Below are positions 37,288-47,382 of a stretch of 64,000 bases of DNA, piece by piece; positions within the stretch are counted from its first letter, which is position 1, and each line of letters opens with the position of its first letter. A model generated the notes under the pieces. The model ran no database searches, had not been told where the DNA came from, and saw nothing but the letters and a program-made list of their open reading frames with translations. The translations under genes were made by a program, and so were the position numbers. This DNA comes from Deinococcales bacterium (GTDB lineage Bacteria; Deinococcota; Deinococci; Deinococcales; JAAFIG01): positions 34,297 to 98,296 of the forward strand of contig JANXTZ010000081.1 in assembly GCA_025352125.1 (NCBI GenBank), read 5' to 3'.

Positions 37288-38847
37288 ATGCGATCAGAAT
37301 TGTTGCTCGAGATGCGAGACATCACCAAAACGTTCCCTGGCGTGCGGGCGTTGACCAATGCCAGTTTGAGGGTTGGCTCCGGCGAGGTTCATGCGTTGAT
37401 TGGGCAGAACGGGGCTGGGAAATCGACGCTGATCAAAATCTTGACCGGCGCGTACCGCCGTGATTCGGGCAGCGTGGTCTTTGCGGGCGCGAGCGTCGAT
37501 TTTCGGTCGCCGCAGGCGGCACAAATTGGTGGGGTCAGCACGATTTATCAGGAAGTCAATTTGGTTTTGTACCGCAGCGTGGCAGAAAATATTTTTATGG
37601 GTCGTGAACCCAAACGCTTTGGTCTGATCGACTGGAAACGCATGAATCAAGAGGCGAAGGTCTTGCTCGAGCGTTTCAACATTTTCATTGATGTCACCCA
37701 GCCTCTGGGTTCGTACAACATTGCGATTCAGCAAATGACCGCCATCGCTCGGGCGGTGTCGGTCAAAGCCAAATTGGTGGTCATGGACGAACCCACCTCG
37801 AGCCTCGATGATGCCGAGGTGGAGGTGCTGTTTGATGTGATTCGGCAACTGAAAGCCAGTGGCGTGTCGGTGATTTTTGTCTCGCACAGGCTGGACGAGT
37901 TGTACGCGGTCTGCGATTTTGTCACGATCATGCGCGATGGTCAAACGGTGCTCGAATCACCAATCAAAGACATTGGTAAGCTCGAGTTGGTGGCGAAGAT
38001 GTTAAACCGTGATCTCAGTGACGTGCAAAGCTCTGGGCAGACTGGTTTTACCGCCCGAACCAGGAATGCCAGTGACGGGGCATTGCGGCTTGAAGCCAGC
38101 GATTTGCAACGTGGTCGGGCGCTGCGCGGCGTCAGTTTGAGCATCCATGAGGGTGAAATAGTCGGTCTGGCGGGTTTGCTCGGCAGTGGACGCACCGAAA
38201 CGGCTCGGGCGTTGTTCGGCGCGGATCAATTGAGCAGTGGACAGGTTGCCTTTGATGGGCGGCAAAAACAATTTAAAACCCCTGGCGATGCCATACAGGC
38301 AGGCATTGGTCTATGCTCCGAAGACCGCAAACTCGAGGGGATCATTCCGTATTTGAGTGTTCGGGAAAATCTGACCCTGGCGTTGCTGCCGCAACTCGCC
38401 AAAAATGGTGTGGTGGACCGGGCGCGGCAAGCCGAAATCGTCAATCGTTTTATCACGCGCATGGGCATTAAAACCGCAGGCGCAGACCAACCCATCCGCG
38501 AGCTTTCTGGAGGCAATCAACAAAAAGTGCTCCTGGCGCGTTGGATGTGCCTGAATCCAAAACTTTTGATTTTGGACGAACCCACCCGGGGCGTGGACGT
38601 GGGCGCGAAAGCCGAAATCCAAAGCCTGATCCAAGAACTGGCGATGGACGGTTTGAGCGTGCTGATGATTTCCAGCGAACTCGAGGAACTTTTTGAGGGT
38701 TCTGACCGTGTGGTGGTGCTGCGTGACGGTCAAAGTGTTGCCACGTTAACGCACGACCAGATCAGTCAAGAATCCATCATGCAAGCGATGGCGCACGGCG
38801 CAACCATCAATGCTGGAACAGGGGTGAACCTTGAAAGCGCCCTCTGA
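37288..38847 (+). CDS. sugar ABC transporter ATP-binding protein, duplicated ATPase (YtfR/RbsA-like)
   Basis: Two ABC cassettes: GQNGAGKST...MDEPTSSLD and LSGGNQQK...LDEPTRGVD. Confidence 0.9.
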   Translation: MRSELLLEMRDITKTFPGVRALTNASLRVGSGEVHALIGQNGAGKSTLIKILTGAYRRDSGSVVFAGASVDFRSPQAAQIGGVSTIYQEVNLVLYRSVAENIFMGREPKRFGLIDWKRMNQEAKVLLERFNIFIDVTQPLGSYNIAIQQMTAIARAVSVKAKLVVMDEPTSSLDDAEVEVLFDVIRQLKASGVSVIFVSHRLDELYAVCDFVTIMRDGQTVLESPIKDIGKLELVAKMLNRDLSDVQSSGQTGFTARTRNASDGALRLEASDLQRGRALRGVSLSIHEGEIVGLAGLLGSGRTETARALFGADQLSSGQVAFDGRQKQFKTPGDAIQAGIGLCSEDRKLEGIIPYLSVRENLTLALLPQLAKNGVVDRARQAEIVNRFITRMGIKTAGADQPIRELSGGNQQKVLLARWMCLNPKLLILDEPTRGVDVGAKAEIQSLIQELAMDGLSVLMISSELEELFEGSDRVVVLRDGQSVATLTHDQISQESIMQAMAHGATINAGTGVNLESAL

Positions 38848-39829
38848 CACCGCGCCAGTCCTTGGACAAAGGGTGGCTCGAGCCAGCAGCCGTGAAGGAT
38901 TTGGTCAAAAATACGGTGCGCTGCTGGCACTGGCGGCTTTGATCGTGTTCAACATGATTTTCACACGCTATTTTTTGAACCTTCAGACCTTGTACGTCAA
39001 TTTTACCCAGGTCGCAACCATTGTGATCGTGGCGACGGGCATGACCTTGGTGATTGCCACGGGCGGCATTGATCTTTCGGTCGGTTCACTCATGGCAATC
39101 TCAGGGGCGCTCGCGCCAATGCTTTTTTTGAACGAATCTTTGCCGCCCATTTTGGGTGTCGCGCTGGCATTTGTTTTGCCCGTCCTGACCGCAGGTGCGT
39201 TTGGTCTGTTCAACGGTTTTTTGATCACCCGTTACGCGATTCAACCCATCATTGCCACACTGGTCTTGTTCATTGCCGGACGCGGGATTGCTCAGGTGGT
39301 CACCAACGGCAATTTAACAACCTTCAGCAACATGACGTTTCAATTTATTGGACGCGGCAGACCGCTTGGGTTGCCATTTCAAGTGCTGCTGATGTTCGCC
39401 CTGGTCGCCCTGATTGCCTGGGTCATCCGAGCCACCATTTTTGGACGTTACGTGCTGGCAATTGGCGGCAACGAAGCCGCCGCCAAGCTCTCGGGTGTTC
39501 CCGTGTCTCGAGTCAAACTGGCGGTTTACGGCATCAGTGGTTTGCTTTCGGGTTTGGCGGGTTTGATCGTGATTGCCATCAATTCCTCATCGGACGCCAA
39601 CCAGGTCGGTCTGAACATGGAACTCGACGCCATCGCCGCCGTTGCCGTGGGTGGCACGGCTTTGACTGGAGGCAAAGTCAACGTCTTTGGCACGTTGATC
39701 GGGGCATTGATTATTCAACTCATTCGTTACACACTCCTGGCAAAAGGCGTGCCCGACGCCGTGGCATTGATTGTCAAAGCGGTCATCATTATTCTGGCGG
39801 TGTATTCGCAGCGGGTGCGGCAATCTTAG
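38831..39829 (+). CDS. sugar ABC transporter permease (YtfT/RbsC-like)
   Basis: BPD_transp_2-type polytopic permease. TTG start overlaps the ATPase gene's 3' end. Confidence 0.85.
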   Translation: MKAPSDTAPVLGQRVARASSREGFGQKYGALLALAALIVFNMIFTRYFLNLQTLYVNFTQVATIVIVATGMTLVIATGGIDLSVGSLMAISGALAPMLFLNESLPPILGVALAFVLPVLTAGAFGLFNGFLITRYAIQPIIATLVLFIAGRGIAQVVTNGNLTTFSNMTFQFIGRGRPLGLPFQVLLMFALVALIAWVIRATIFGRYVLAIGGNEAAAKLSGVPVSRVKLAVYGISGLLSGLAGLIVIAINSSSDANQVGLNMELDAIAAVAVGGTALTGGKVNVFGTLIGALIIQLIRYTLLAKGVPDAVALIVKAVIIILAVYSQRVRQS

Positions 39830-39870
39830 GTGCAGCCCTCGAGCCAAAAACTCGAGTTTGAAAGGGTAAT

Positions 39871-40854
39871 GTGGCGCAAAAAGCACTGATTCAAAAACCA
39901 AATTTATTCTTGGCGTTTGTCCAACAGCAGGGCGCGTTGCTGGCATTTGTGGCGTTGTTGATCTTTGGCGCGTTGCGTTACGAAGGTTTTTTCGCCGTGT
40001 ACAACTTTGCCGAATTGCTTCGTTACAACTCAATGTTTGGACTGGTCGCCCTGGGCATGACTTTTGTGATCATGACCGGCGGTATTGATTTGAGTGTCGG
40101 CAGCGTTGCCGCGCTGACCAGCGTGCTCGCGGCGCAGCTCAGCCCGCACGGCTTGTGGATTGCACTGTTCTTGCCCGTGCTGGCAGGCATGGTCCTGGGA
40201 TTTGTCAATGGCTTGCTGATCGCCAAACTGAAAATCTTGCCCTTCATTGCCACCCTGGCGGCGCTCCTGGCGGCTCGGGGTTTGGCTTTTCTGGCTGCCA
40301 ACAATCAATCGGTTTCGGTGGCAACCGACACAGGTTTCACCGATTTTGGACAGGGCAACATTCTGGGCGTTCCAACCCCTGCGCTGTTGATGTTCGCAGC
40401 CTTTTTGATTGGCGTGCTGGTGTTGCGCTTCTCGAGCTTTGGACGGCACGTGCTGGCAATTGGTGGCAACGAAGAGGCTTCACGTCTCATGGGTTTGTCC
40501 GTCGATCAGATCAAAATTGGTGTTTACACCCTGTCTGGTGCGCTGGCAGGCTTGGCGGGCGTGATTCTGGCATCAGAATTTGGTGCGGGGCAACCCACCG
40601 AAGGTTCTGGCTGGGAACTCGCCGCGATTGCTTCGGTGGTGGTTGGCGGCACGTTGCTGACTGGCGGCAAGGGTTCGGTTGGCACGACTTTGGTTGGCGT
40701 TCTGTTGCTGGGTTTGATTTTCAACGTTTTAAATTTCGAGAATGGTTACGGTTTGATCAGCCTGAGTTCGTACTGGCAATCGGTTATTCGGGGCGGATTT
40801 TTGTTGGTGGTGGTGATCTTGCAAACGCGTTTGACAAAAGGACAAAAAATATAA
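39871..40854 (+). CDS. sugar ABC transporter permease (YjfF/RbsC-like)
   Basis: Second paralogous permease (TGGIDLSVGS motif). Completes the ytfQRT-yjfF-like gene order. Confidence 0.85.
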   Translation: MAQKALIQKPNLFLAFVQQQGALLAFVALLIFGALRYEGFFAVYNFAELLRYNSMFGLVALGMTFVIMTGGIDLSVGSVAALTSVLAAQLSPHGLWIALFLPVLAGMVLGFVNGLLIAKLKILPFIATLAALLAARGLAFLAANNQSVSVATDTGFTDFGQGNILGVPTPALLMFAAFLIGVLVLRFSSFGRHVLAIGGNEEASRLMGLSVDQIKIGVYTLSGALAGLAGVILASEFGAGQPTEGSGWELAAIASVVVGGTLLTGGKGSVGTTLVGVLLLGLIFNVLNFENGYGLISLSSYWQSVIRGGFLLVVVILQTRLTKGQKI

Positions 40855-40950
40855 AACCTTTTCATCATGTTTTCAATACGCTCGAGCCATGCTTTCCCGA
40901 CCAGAAAATTTTGTACACTACCCTGCGATGAGCATGTACGTTAACTCGCA

Positions 40951-43395
40951 TCAACTCGAGGCTTTTCGCTTCACCCCGCGTACCGCTTCGGCGGTCAGTG
41001 GATTTTCTGCCCACGAATGCTTGGGGTAACGCCGCTTGAGTTCTTGACGCACACCAGGGTAAGTGTTCTGCCAGAAACTTTGTAAGTCCCCAGTCACTTG
41101 CACGGGTCGGTAGGCGGGTGAAAGCAAGTGCATCAAAACCTTAACGCGTCCGTCATTCACGCTGGGCGTACTGATCCAACCAAACACCTCTTGCAAGCGC
41201 ACGGCAAGCACGGGCGCACTGCCGTCAGTGGCGTACTCGAGTTTGATTCTCGAGCCGCTGGGAACGTCGAGTTTGCTTGGTGCGAGTCGCTCGAGTTGCT
41301 GGTTTTGCTGCCAGGTCAGGATCGAATGTAGGGCATTCTCGAGATTGATTTTTTTGAAATCCTCCCGACTGCGCACGCCGCTCAAGAACGGTGCGAGCCA
41401 CAACTCTAGCGTCTCGAGCAGTGCAGTACCGCTGACATCGGGCAGGTCGTGTCCCCAAACCTTTAAGCTCGAGATTCTGGCTTGCCATTGCAGTGCGCCC
41501 TCAGTCCAGTTCAAAAGTTTTAAGCCCTCGAGCCTCACGGCTTTGCACAAGGCTTGAACTCGAGTTTCGATTGGCACGTCTTTTAACGCCCGAGTCTCGA
41601 GCATGATCTCTCCCACTTTTTGCTCGCGCTGCGCCAGCAAAACGCCATTTCTCGAGTCCCAAGCCACAACGTCGCGCTCGATTGGCGTTAAGTCTCTGGT
41701 GTCAAGCGATGCCGCCAAGTACACGCGACCCTCGTCTGTGCCTGCGTCCATGTGCGCGACGGCAAGCCAAGTCTCACCCGATAGCAGGTCGTGCTGGGGC
41801 AATTTGATGCCGCGCCCGTTTGCCAGTTTGTAACGTTCTCGACTGGCGTCGCGGCGCTGGGCGATGCGTTCGGGATAGGCGAGCGCGATCAGTCGTCCGA
41901 CGGTGTGGGCGGGAACCTGACGGCTCGAGGCATTTGGCAATTTGGCGCGGTACGATGCCGCCAGTTGGTCAAGGCGTTTTAAGACCGTCATGTCTGCACC
42001 GCTCGAGCCTTGTTTTGCACGCCAAGCATTCAGGGCATTCAAACGCAATTCGGCATCCACACCAGAATCTCTGGGCAGTGGGTCGCGTTCCTCGAGCAGC
42101 GCGGCGAGGTCGCTTGCCAGGTTGCCAAATCCCAAACGGTGACCGTTGATCAGCAAATGTGCCAGCCTTGGGTGCGTGCCCAGGGCGTGCATGGCTCGCC
42201 CGTGCGCGGTGATGGCACCCTGCGCCGTTGCGTTCAAATCCTCGAGCAATGTCTTGGCTTGCATCAGTGCGCCAATGGGCGGGGCTGTCAGCCATTGCAA
42301 ATCTCCCGAACCCCAGGCGGCAACCTCGAGCGCCAGGGGGGCAAGGTCAGCCTCGAGGATTTCGGGGTTGCGTTGCCGGTTCAGGCTGGCGTGTATGGCA
42401 GCCGTCCAGAGGCGGTAGCAAATTCCTGGCGCGACCCGTCCAGCCCGTCCGGCGCGTTGGTCGGCACTGTCAACAGTGATTCGGCTTGTCTCGAGGCGGG
42501 TAAAACCCGTGCCCGCATCAAACTTTGATCCTCGAGCCAGACCGCTGTCAATCACCACGCGCACGCCCTCGATGGTCAGGCTGGTTTCGGCAATGTTGGT
42601 GGCAAGCACCACGCGACGTTCATGCCCTGGCAAAATCGCAGCCTGTTGCGCCTCAAGCGGCAAATCGCCGTACAGTGGACGCACACCAACACCCTCGAGG
42701 TCACTCAAACCATCCTCGATGCGTTTAATTTCTGATGCTCCAGGCAAGAACACGAGAATGTCACCTGCGTGCGCCTCGAGCGCAAGACGAATTGTTCTGA
42801 GCACCGATCTTAAAACATCATCTGACTCTCGAGATTCGTACTTAATCTCGACTGGAAAAGCCCGTCCAACACTTGAGATCACGGGTGCGTTCAAAAGACC
42901 CGAGAGTTGTTCGGCGTCAAGCGTGGCACTCATGATGAGCACCCGCAAATCCTCGCGCAAAACAGTTTGGACCTCCCGCACCAATGCCAGCGCGGTATCG
43001 GCGTGCAAGCTGCGTTCGTGAAATTCGTCAAAGATCACCAAACCCACATCCTCGAGCGTCGGGTCAGTTTGCACGCGGCGCGTCAAAATGCCTTCAGTCA
43101 CCACCTCGAGCCGTGTGATGCCGCTGGTTTTTCGCTCGAGTCGCACCTGATAACCCACCGTCTGCCCCACCATTTGACCCAGTTGTGCCGCCATTCTCGC
43201 CGCCACCGCGCGAGCCGCCAGACGACGCGGTTGCAGCATGATGATCTTTTGATTCGCCAACCAAGATTCTTTCAGCAACTCGAGCGGCACAACCGTGCTT
43301 TTGCCCGCACCTGGGGGCGCGGTCAGAATCACAATGCGGTTCGTCTCGAGCTTGGCACGCAATTCGGGCATGATCTCGAGCACGGGAAGGGACAC
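40951..43395 (-). CDS. hrpB: ATP-dependent RNA helicase HrpB
   Basis: Walker A APPGAGKST, DEAH-type box FDEFHERS, HA2/OB and HrpB C-terminal regions. The GTG start at 43395 gives MSLPVLEIMPEL, analogous to E. coli MSSLPV. Confidence 0.9.
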   Translation of the reverse strand: MSLPVLEIMPELRAKLETNRIVILTAPPGAGKSTVVPLELLKESWLANQKIIMLQPRRLAARAVAARMAAQLGQMVGQTVGYQVRLERKTSGITRLEVVTEGILTRRVQTDPTLEDVGLVIFDEFHERSLHADTALALVREVQTVLREDLRVLIMSATLDAEQLSGLLNAPVISSVGRAFPVEIKYESRESDDVLRSVLRTIRLALEAHAGDILVFLPGASEIKRIEDGLSDLEGVGVRPLYGDLPLEAQQAAILPGHERRVVLATNIAETSLTIEGVRVVIDSGLARGSKFDAGTGFTRLETSRITVDSADQRAGRAGRVAPGICYRLWTAAIHASLNRQRNPEILEADLAPLALEVAAWGSGDLQWLTAPPIGALMQAKTLLEDLNATAQGAITAHGRAMHALGTHPRLAHLLINGHRLGFGNLASDLAALLEERDPLPRDSGVDAELRLNALNAWRAKQGSSGADMTVLKRLDQLAASYRAKLPNASSRQVPAHTVGRLIALAYPERIAQRRDASRERYKLANGRGIKLPQHDLLSGETWLAVAHMDAGTDEGRVYLAASLDTRDLTPIERDVVAWDSRNGVLLAQREQKVGEIMLETRALKDVPIETRVQALCKAVRLEGLKLLNWTEGALQWQARISSLKVWGHDLPDVSGTALLETLELWLAPFLSGVRSREDFKKINLENALHSILTWQQNQQLERLAPSKLDVPSGSRIKLEYATDGSAPVLAVRLQEVFGWISTPSVNDGRVKVLMHLLSPAYRPVQVTGDLQSFWQNTYPGVRQELKRRYPKHSWAENPLTAEAVRGVKRKASS

Positions 43396-43715
43396 GGCGC
43401 GATTGTATGACAGTTGATGCGCAATCCCAAATCTCGGGTTTTTAACAAAATTCAGGGACTCGTGCCACACGAACCCGAGTGCATAATCTTGACGAATAAC
43501 GAACACCGTGCCATTCTTTGAAAATCAGCGCCTGCAAAAGGCGCGTTTTTTGTTGTTTGCTTGTGAATTTTCAATCTTACCAATGATTTTCAAATGGTAT
43601 TTCTTCCCAACTTCGAGCCTTATTGCCCGGCAATCAATGTCCCTCGAAGGTCAATTCATCCTGCTTGATCGTCAAAAGTTGACTCAGGCGGGTCAAACCT
43701 GTCAAACTACACATT

Positions 43716-44534
43716 GTGATGATGAAACGTGCTCTCAAGGGATTGGCGCTGGCAGCAATGGTTGGGCTGGGTGTCAGCATCGGTGTTGACTTTCAACCTG
43801 TGCAATGGGGTGCGGTTGGACTGCGCATCGACCCAATTGACAAGACCACCTCGGCTTTCAAAATTGTGGGAGCCGACAACGTTGTCAAGCGAACCATCGT
43901 CGGGCAAGACTTCCAAGCCTACTTTGTCGAAATGACTGGACAACAACCCGAAGAACTCTGGGTTCGTGCCTTCACCCAAAAAGGCGGTGCCGCCACCGAT
44001 TACTTTTTCACCCTCGAGGGGGGCTTGCGCAACATCGGCGTGATCGACGGCAAGGGCTCGGGCGTCACGGCGCTCGAGGATTTGGACGAGGACGGCAAAG
44101 CCGAAGTCGTGATGTTCGGCACGCCTTTGACCTTCATGCTCGGCTTGAAGCAATCGCAAAGCCCGTTCTTGACCAGCATTCTGAGTTGGGACAAACTCCG
44201 TTTTTATGACGCCACCGCCAAATTTCCCAAACGCGTGCGCACCACCATTTTGTTTCACTTTTACGATTTTCTGCGTGCGGTCGAGCAAAACGATGTCGAA
44301 GCCCAAAAAGCTTCAGCGCTCGGTTATTACGCCAATTCCTTGCAAATCGGTGAGGGTCGAATCGCCAAAGCCTGGTTGATGCGCAACGCACCAAAAGACT
44401 TGCGCCGTTGGTTACTCGACAACGAATCACGCATGGTCAACACGTTTTACACCTACCCTGGCTGCCGTGTGACGATCACCCAAACTCGAGAGTTGCCAAT
44501 TGACTTCCCATCTTGTACCAAAGAGGGTCGTTAA
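43716..44534 (+). CDS. secreted hypothetical protein
   Basis: Signal peptide MMMKRALKGLALAAMVGLGVSIG, followed by a strong terminator. The antisense ORF has junk-like composition. Confidence 0.6.
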   Translation: MMMKRALKGLALAAMVGLGVSIGVDFQPVQWGAVGLRIDPIDKTTSAFKIVGADNVVKRTIVGQDFQAYFVEMTGQQPEELWVRAFTQKGGAATDYFFTLEGGLRNIGVIDGKGSGVTALEDLDEDGKAEVVMFGTPLTFMLGLKQSQSPFLTSILSWDKLRFYDATAKFPKRVRTTILFHFYDFLRAVEQNDVEAQKASALGYYANSLQIGEGRIAKAWLMRNAPKDLRRWLLDNESRMVNTFYTYPGCRVTITQTRELPIDFPSCTKEGR

Positions 44535-44557
44535 GTTTTCCTCAGGTTTTAAAATCG

Positions 44558-44590
44558 AAACCGCCAACCTTAACAAGTTGGCGGTTTTTT
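44558..44590 (+). terminator. intrinsic terminator
   Basis: Stem aaaccgccaac / gttggcggttt with an 8-nt loop, followed by a T6 tract. Confidence 0.85.
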
Positions 44591-44651
44591 GTGGGTCGAA
44601 CAACAAGATCGAACGGCAGGCACAGCAAGCAAGGCGCTGCTTGCTGCGCCC

Positions 44652-45383
44652 CTACTTGCGGCTCGAGGTGACGGTGTGAATCAAGATCGCGGCGGCAACG
44701 CTGGCATTCAAACTTTTCACTTTGCCTTTTAAGGGAATGCTCACCAGTTCATCGCATTTTTCGCGCACCAGCCTGCGCAAGCCGTCGCCCTCAGAACCGA
44801 TCACCAGCGCCAGAGGTCGGTTGTAATCGAGTTGCTCGAGTTGCGCGGTTGCCTCTCCCGCCGCGCCGTAAACCCAGATGCCGTCTTCTTTGAGTTCATC
44901 GATTAAACGCGGCAAGTTCTTTACCTGAACCACTGGAAGGTGCGCCGTTGCGCCCGCCGCCGTTTTCACCACGACGGGTGAGAGCGGTGCACTGCGGCGC
45001 TCCTCAATGACCACACCGTGCGCCCCGAGCGCTTCGGCGCTGCGGATGATCGCCCCGAAATTGTGCGGGTCGGTGATGCCGTCCAAAAGCACCAAGAACA
45101 AATCCTCTTTCCGACTGGCGGCAAGCTCGAGCGCGTCGTCAAGTTCGGCAAAATCCGTGTCGGGAATCTCGGCAATCACGCCCTGATGGTTGGTGGTCTT
45201 CACCGCACGGTCGAGTTCGATGCGGGCATACCACTCGAGTTCCACCCCGTTTTCAAAGGCGGCAGCCTCGAGTTCTTTGGTAAATTTGGCTTCGATGCCG
45301 TTTGCCACGAACAAGCGTTCGACCTGGTTGTCGCGCAGTGCCTCGAGTACAGGGTTTCGACCATAAATTAGCATGACGGGCAT
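44652..45383 (-). CDS. rlmB: 23S rRNA (guanosine-2'-O-)-methyltransferase RlmB (SpoU/TrmH family)
   Basis: N-terminal substrate-binding domain (IYGRNPVLEAL) plus a SpoU methylase domain (ITDPHNFGAIIRSA, GSEGDGLR, LNASVAAAI). Confidence 0.85.
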   Translation of the reverse strand: MPVMLIYGRNPVLEALRDNQVERLFVANGIEAKFTKELEAAAFENGVELEWYARIELDRAVKTTNHQGVIAEIPDTDFAELDDALELAASRKEDLFLVLLDGITDPHNFGAIIRSAEALGAHGVVIEERRSAPLSPVVVKTAAGATAHLPVVQVKNLPRLIDELKEDGIWVYGAAGEATAQLEQLDYNRPLALVIGSEGDGLRRLVREKCDELVSIPLKGKVKSLNASVAAAILIHTVTSSRK

Positions 45384-45405
45384 TGTACGCCCGTCATGCT
45401 AATTT
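45365..45405 (-). promoter_or_regulatory. 17-bp perfect hairpin sequestering the rlmB start codon and codons 1-6
   Basis: Arms aaattagcatgacgggc (45365-45381) and gcccgtcatgctaattt (45389-45405) with a 7-nt loop. The ATG (45383-45381) straddles the loop/stem junction. Confidence 0.6.
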
Positions 45406-45459
45406 TAAAACTCGAGATACCAAAAATCTTTGACGCGGTAAGGACGAGACGCGTTTCGC

Positions 45460-46542
45460 CTAGCGCACTGCAATCTCGCCAATCGTTTCGCCAGTCGCGG
45501 CATTCACCACACGAACACTGGCAAACCTCGAGCCACCCGAAATCTGGATGCTCGAAAATGGGCTGGTGAGGACTTGGGTGGTGATTGCTCCCGCGTTTGG
45601 TTGCCTGACGTTGGCGCTGACCACCAGGGTTTGTCCCTCGAGTTTGGCATTTGCCAGCACGATGCTGTACCCGCCGGTTGACCGTTGCCCCAGGAAAACG
45701 CTCAACACTTTGGTGCGTCCAAAATCGATGCTTGGCGCACTCGGCACGGGCACAAAATTGCCGTTCATGATGTTCCAGGTTTCATTAAAGCTTTGTTGGT
45801 TGCTGTCCAAGCGCACCAGGCTCGAGGTGCCACCATACGTCGAGTTCGTGCCAGTCAGTAAGGCTTTCAGCTCGAGCGGTTGGTTGTTGGCGAAACCACC
45901 CAGAAGATCAACTGGAACGTCCACCTGCACGTACAGGGCGGTCAGGTCGTAACGGTCTGGGCGAGGGTCGAGCTTGGCAACATCGTCTGGAATGTTGGGG
46001 AAGGTCAGCAAACCGATTGCCAGGGCTTTATTCTTGTACTTGATTTGCAAGTAACCCGCGAGGGCATCGGCTTCGGGGTCTGAAAGTTTGCCAATCCCGC
46101 GCAAGCCCTGACGCTCGAGTTTTGGCAGGCGCAATTTGGTGTTCCCTTCAAGGCTACCACCGACATCAAACCAGGTTTTGCCGTCAAAGTACACGACTTT
46201 TTCGACCGCTTCGCGGGTCAGGACGCTCAGTTCGTTTGAAAGTGGGATCGTGGCGAGGGCAAAAATCTCTCGAGAGGCTCTGGGCACCAGTTGCAGGGTC
46301 GGTTTGCCGTCCACTGCCAAAGCCCCTGGTACGGCAAATGCACCCACCACCGCATCATTGGTGAGGGTGTGCTTGACCTCGTCGAGGGTCGTGTGCCGTC
46401 CCTCCTTGGCTTCGCCGTAAAAAATCAGATGGCGTTCCTGAATGCCGTACAAAATCACATCGGAGACGTTGTATTTTGCGGGAAACATTGAGCAGGCATT
46501 TCCAAACAAGGTCAGAACGATGGCAAGAATTGAGAGTCGCAT
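45460..46542 (-). CDS. hypothetical lipoprotein (possible PrcB-like C-terminal domain)
   Basis: Lipobox-like signal MRLSILAIVLTLFGNAC. The C-terminal GGYSIVLANAKLEGQTLVVSANVRQPNAG...TSPFSSIQI resembles PrcB_C. The domain call is weak. Confidence 0.55.
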   Translation of the reverse strand: MRLSILAIVLTLFGNACSMFPAKYNVSDVILYGIQERHLIFYGEAKEGRHTTLDEVKHTLTNDAVVGAFAVPGALAVDGKPTLQLVPRASREIFALATIPLSNELSVLTREAVEKVVYFDGKTWFDVGGSLEGNTKLRLPKLERQGLRGIGKLSDPEADALAGYLQIKYKNKALAIGLLTFPNIPDDVAKLDPRPDRYDLTALYVQVDVPVDLLGGFANNQPLELKALLTGTNSTYGGTSSLVRLDSNQQSFNETWNIMNGNFVPVPSAPSIDFGRTKVLSVFLGQRSTGGYSIVLANAKLEGQTLVVSANVRQPNAGAITTQVLTSPFSSIQISGGSRFASVRVVNAATGETIGEIAVR

Positions 46543-46597
46543 ACGTTACACTTTAGCCCAGGTTGTGATGAGGCTGTGAACCTCGAGTGAAGGAAAG

Positions 46598-47302
46598 TTA
46601 AGAAGTCATGACCCGAGTGGCAAATTGTAACAGGCGTTTTGCACGGTCCCAGCGTCCGAGTTTGACGATGCGCCAAACCCATTCAATCTTGAGCCTGATC
46701 GTCCAATCTGGGGCGCGTTCAACCGTTCCCGCCAAGACATCGATGGTGCCACCCACCGAAATACTGATTCGAGCGGGTTTAAATTCAAAGTTAAACAATT
46801 CCTGGCGCGGTGCGCCCAGACCCGTCAACAGCAAATCGGCTCGAGATTCCCGAATTTTTTGAGCGATGGCGGTGCGTTCCTGGGCTTTAAAATAGCCGTC
46901 TTGAACGCCAGCGATTTGAATGCCGTACCTTGCGGCGCAGTTTTTGGCGGCGATTTCTGCCACACCTGGTTTTGCCCCCAGAAAGTAGACCCGCAAGTTT
47001 TGCCCCTCGAGTTTCATCAGGTCTTGCACGATGTCAACGCCCGTCGCACGACCCGCAATCGTTTTGCCGGCACGTTTTGCCGCCCAGAGCATTCCAACCC
47101 CGTCGGGCGTGCTCAAATCCACACCCAGAATCGCCTCGCGCAATTTGGCATCGGTTTGGGCTTGAACACAAATTTCTGGATTCAAGGTAATCACGGTGCG
47201 TCTGGAATCTTTGTCCTTGAGCCATTCGCGCAGAATCTCGAGGGTCACTGGTAAATTTACCAAATCGAGTGGGAGTTTAAGGATGTTGATTCGCTCTGTC
47301 AT
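46598..47302 (-). CDS. WecB/TagA/CpsF-family glycosyltransferase
   Basis: Family pattern: LNPEICVQAQTD, TPDGVGMLWAAK, VYFLGAKPGVAE, GVQDGYF. Confidence 0.85.
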   Translation of the reverse strand: MTERINILKLPLDLVNLPVTLEILREWLKDKDSRRTVITLNPEICVQAQTDAKLREAILGVDLSTPDGVGMLWAAKRAGKTIAGRATGVDIVQDLMKLEGQNLRVYFLGAKPGVAEIAAKNCAARYGIQIAGVQDGYFKAQERTAIAQKIRESRADLLLTGLGAPRQELFNFEFKPARISISVGGTIDVLAGTVERAPDWTIRLKIEWVWRIVKLGRWDRAKRLLQFATRVMTS

Positions 47303-47382
47303 GACTCGAGTTTACTATGGGATTTACAGGCGCTCGAGCGTCCGATTGGCGTGGGTTATGATTGAATTCACAAGGAGAAAAA

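Noticed and set aside
40155-40931. 258-aa plus-strand ORF in an alternative frame
   Set aside because: It overlaps the yjfF-like permease frame. Its product is G/R/W-rich with no TM pattern.
43707-44306. 199-aa minus-strand ORF
   Set aside because: It competes with the plus-strand ORF 43716-44534, which has a signal peptide and is followed by a strong terminator. The minus-strand product looks like antisense junk.
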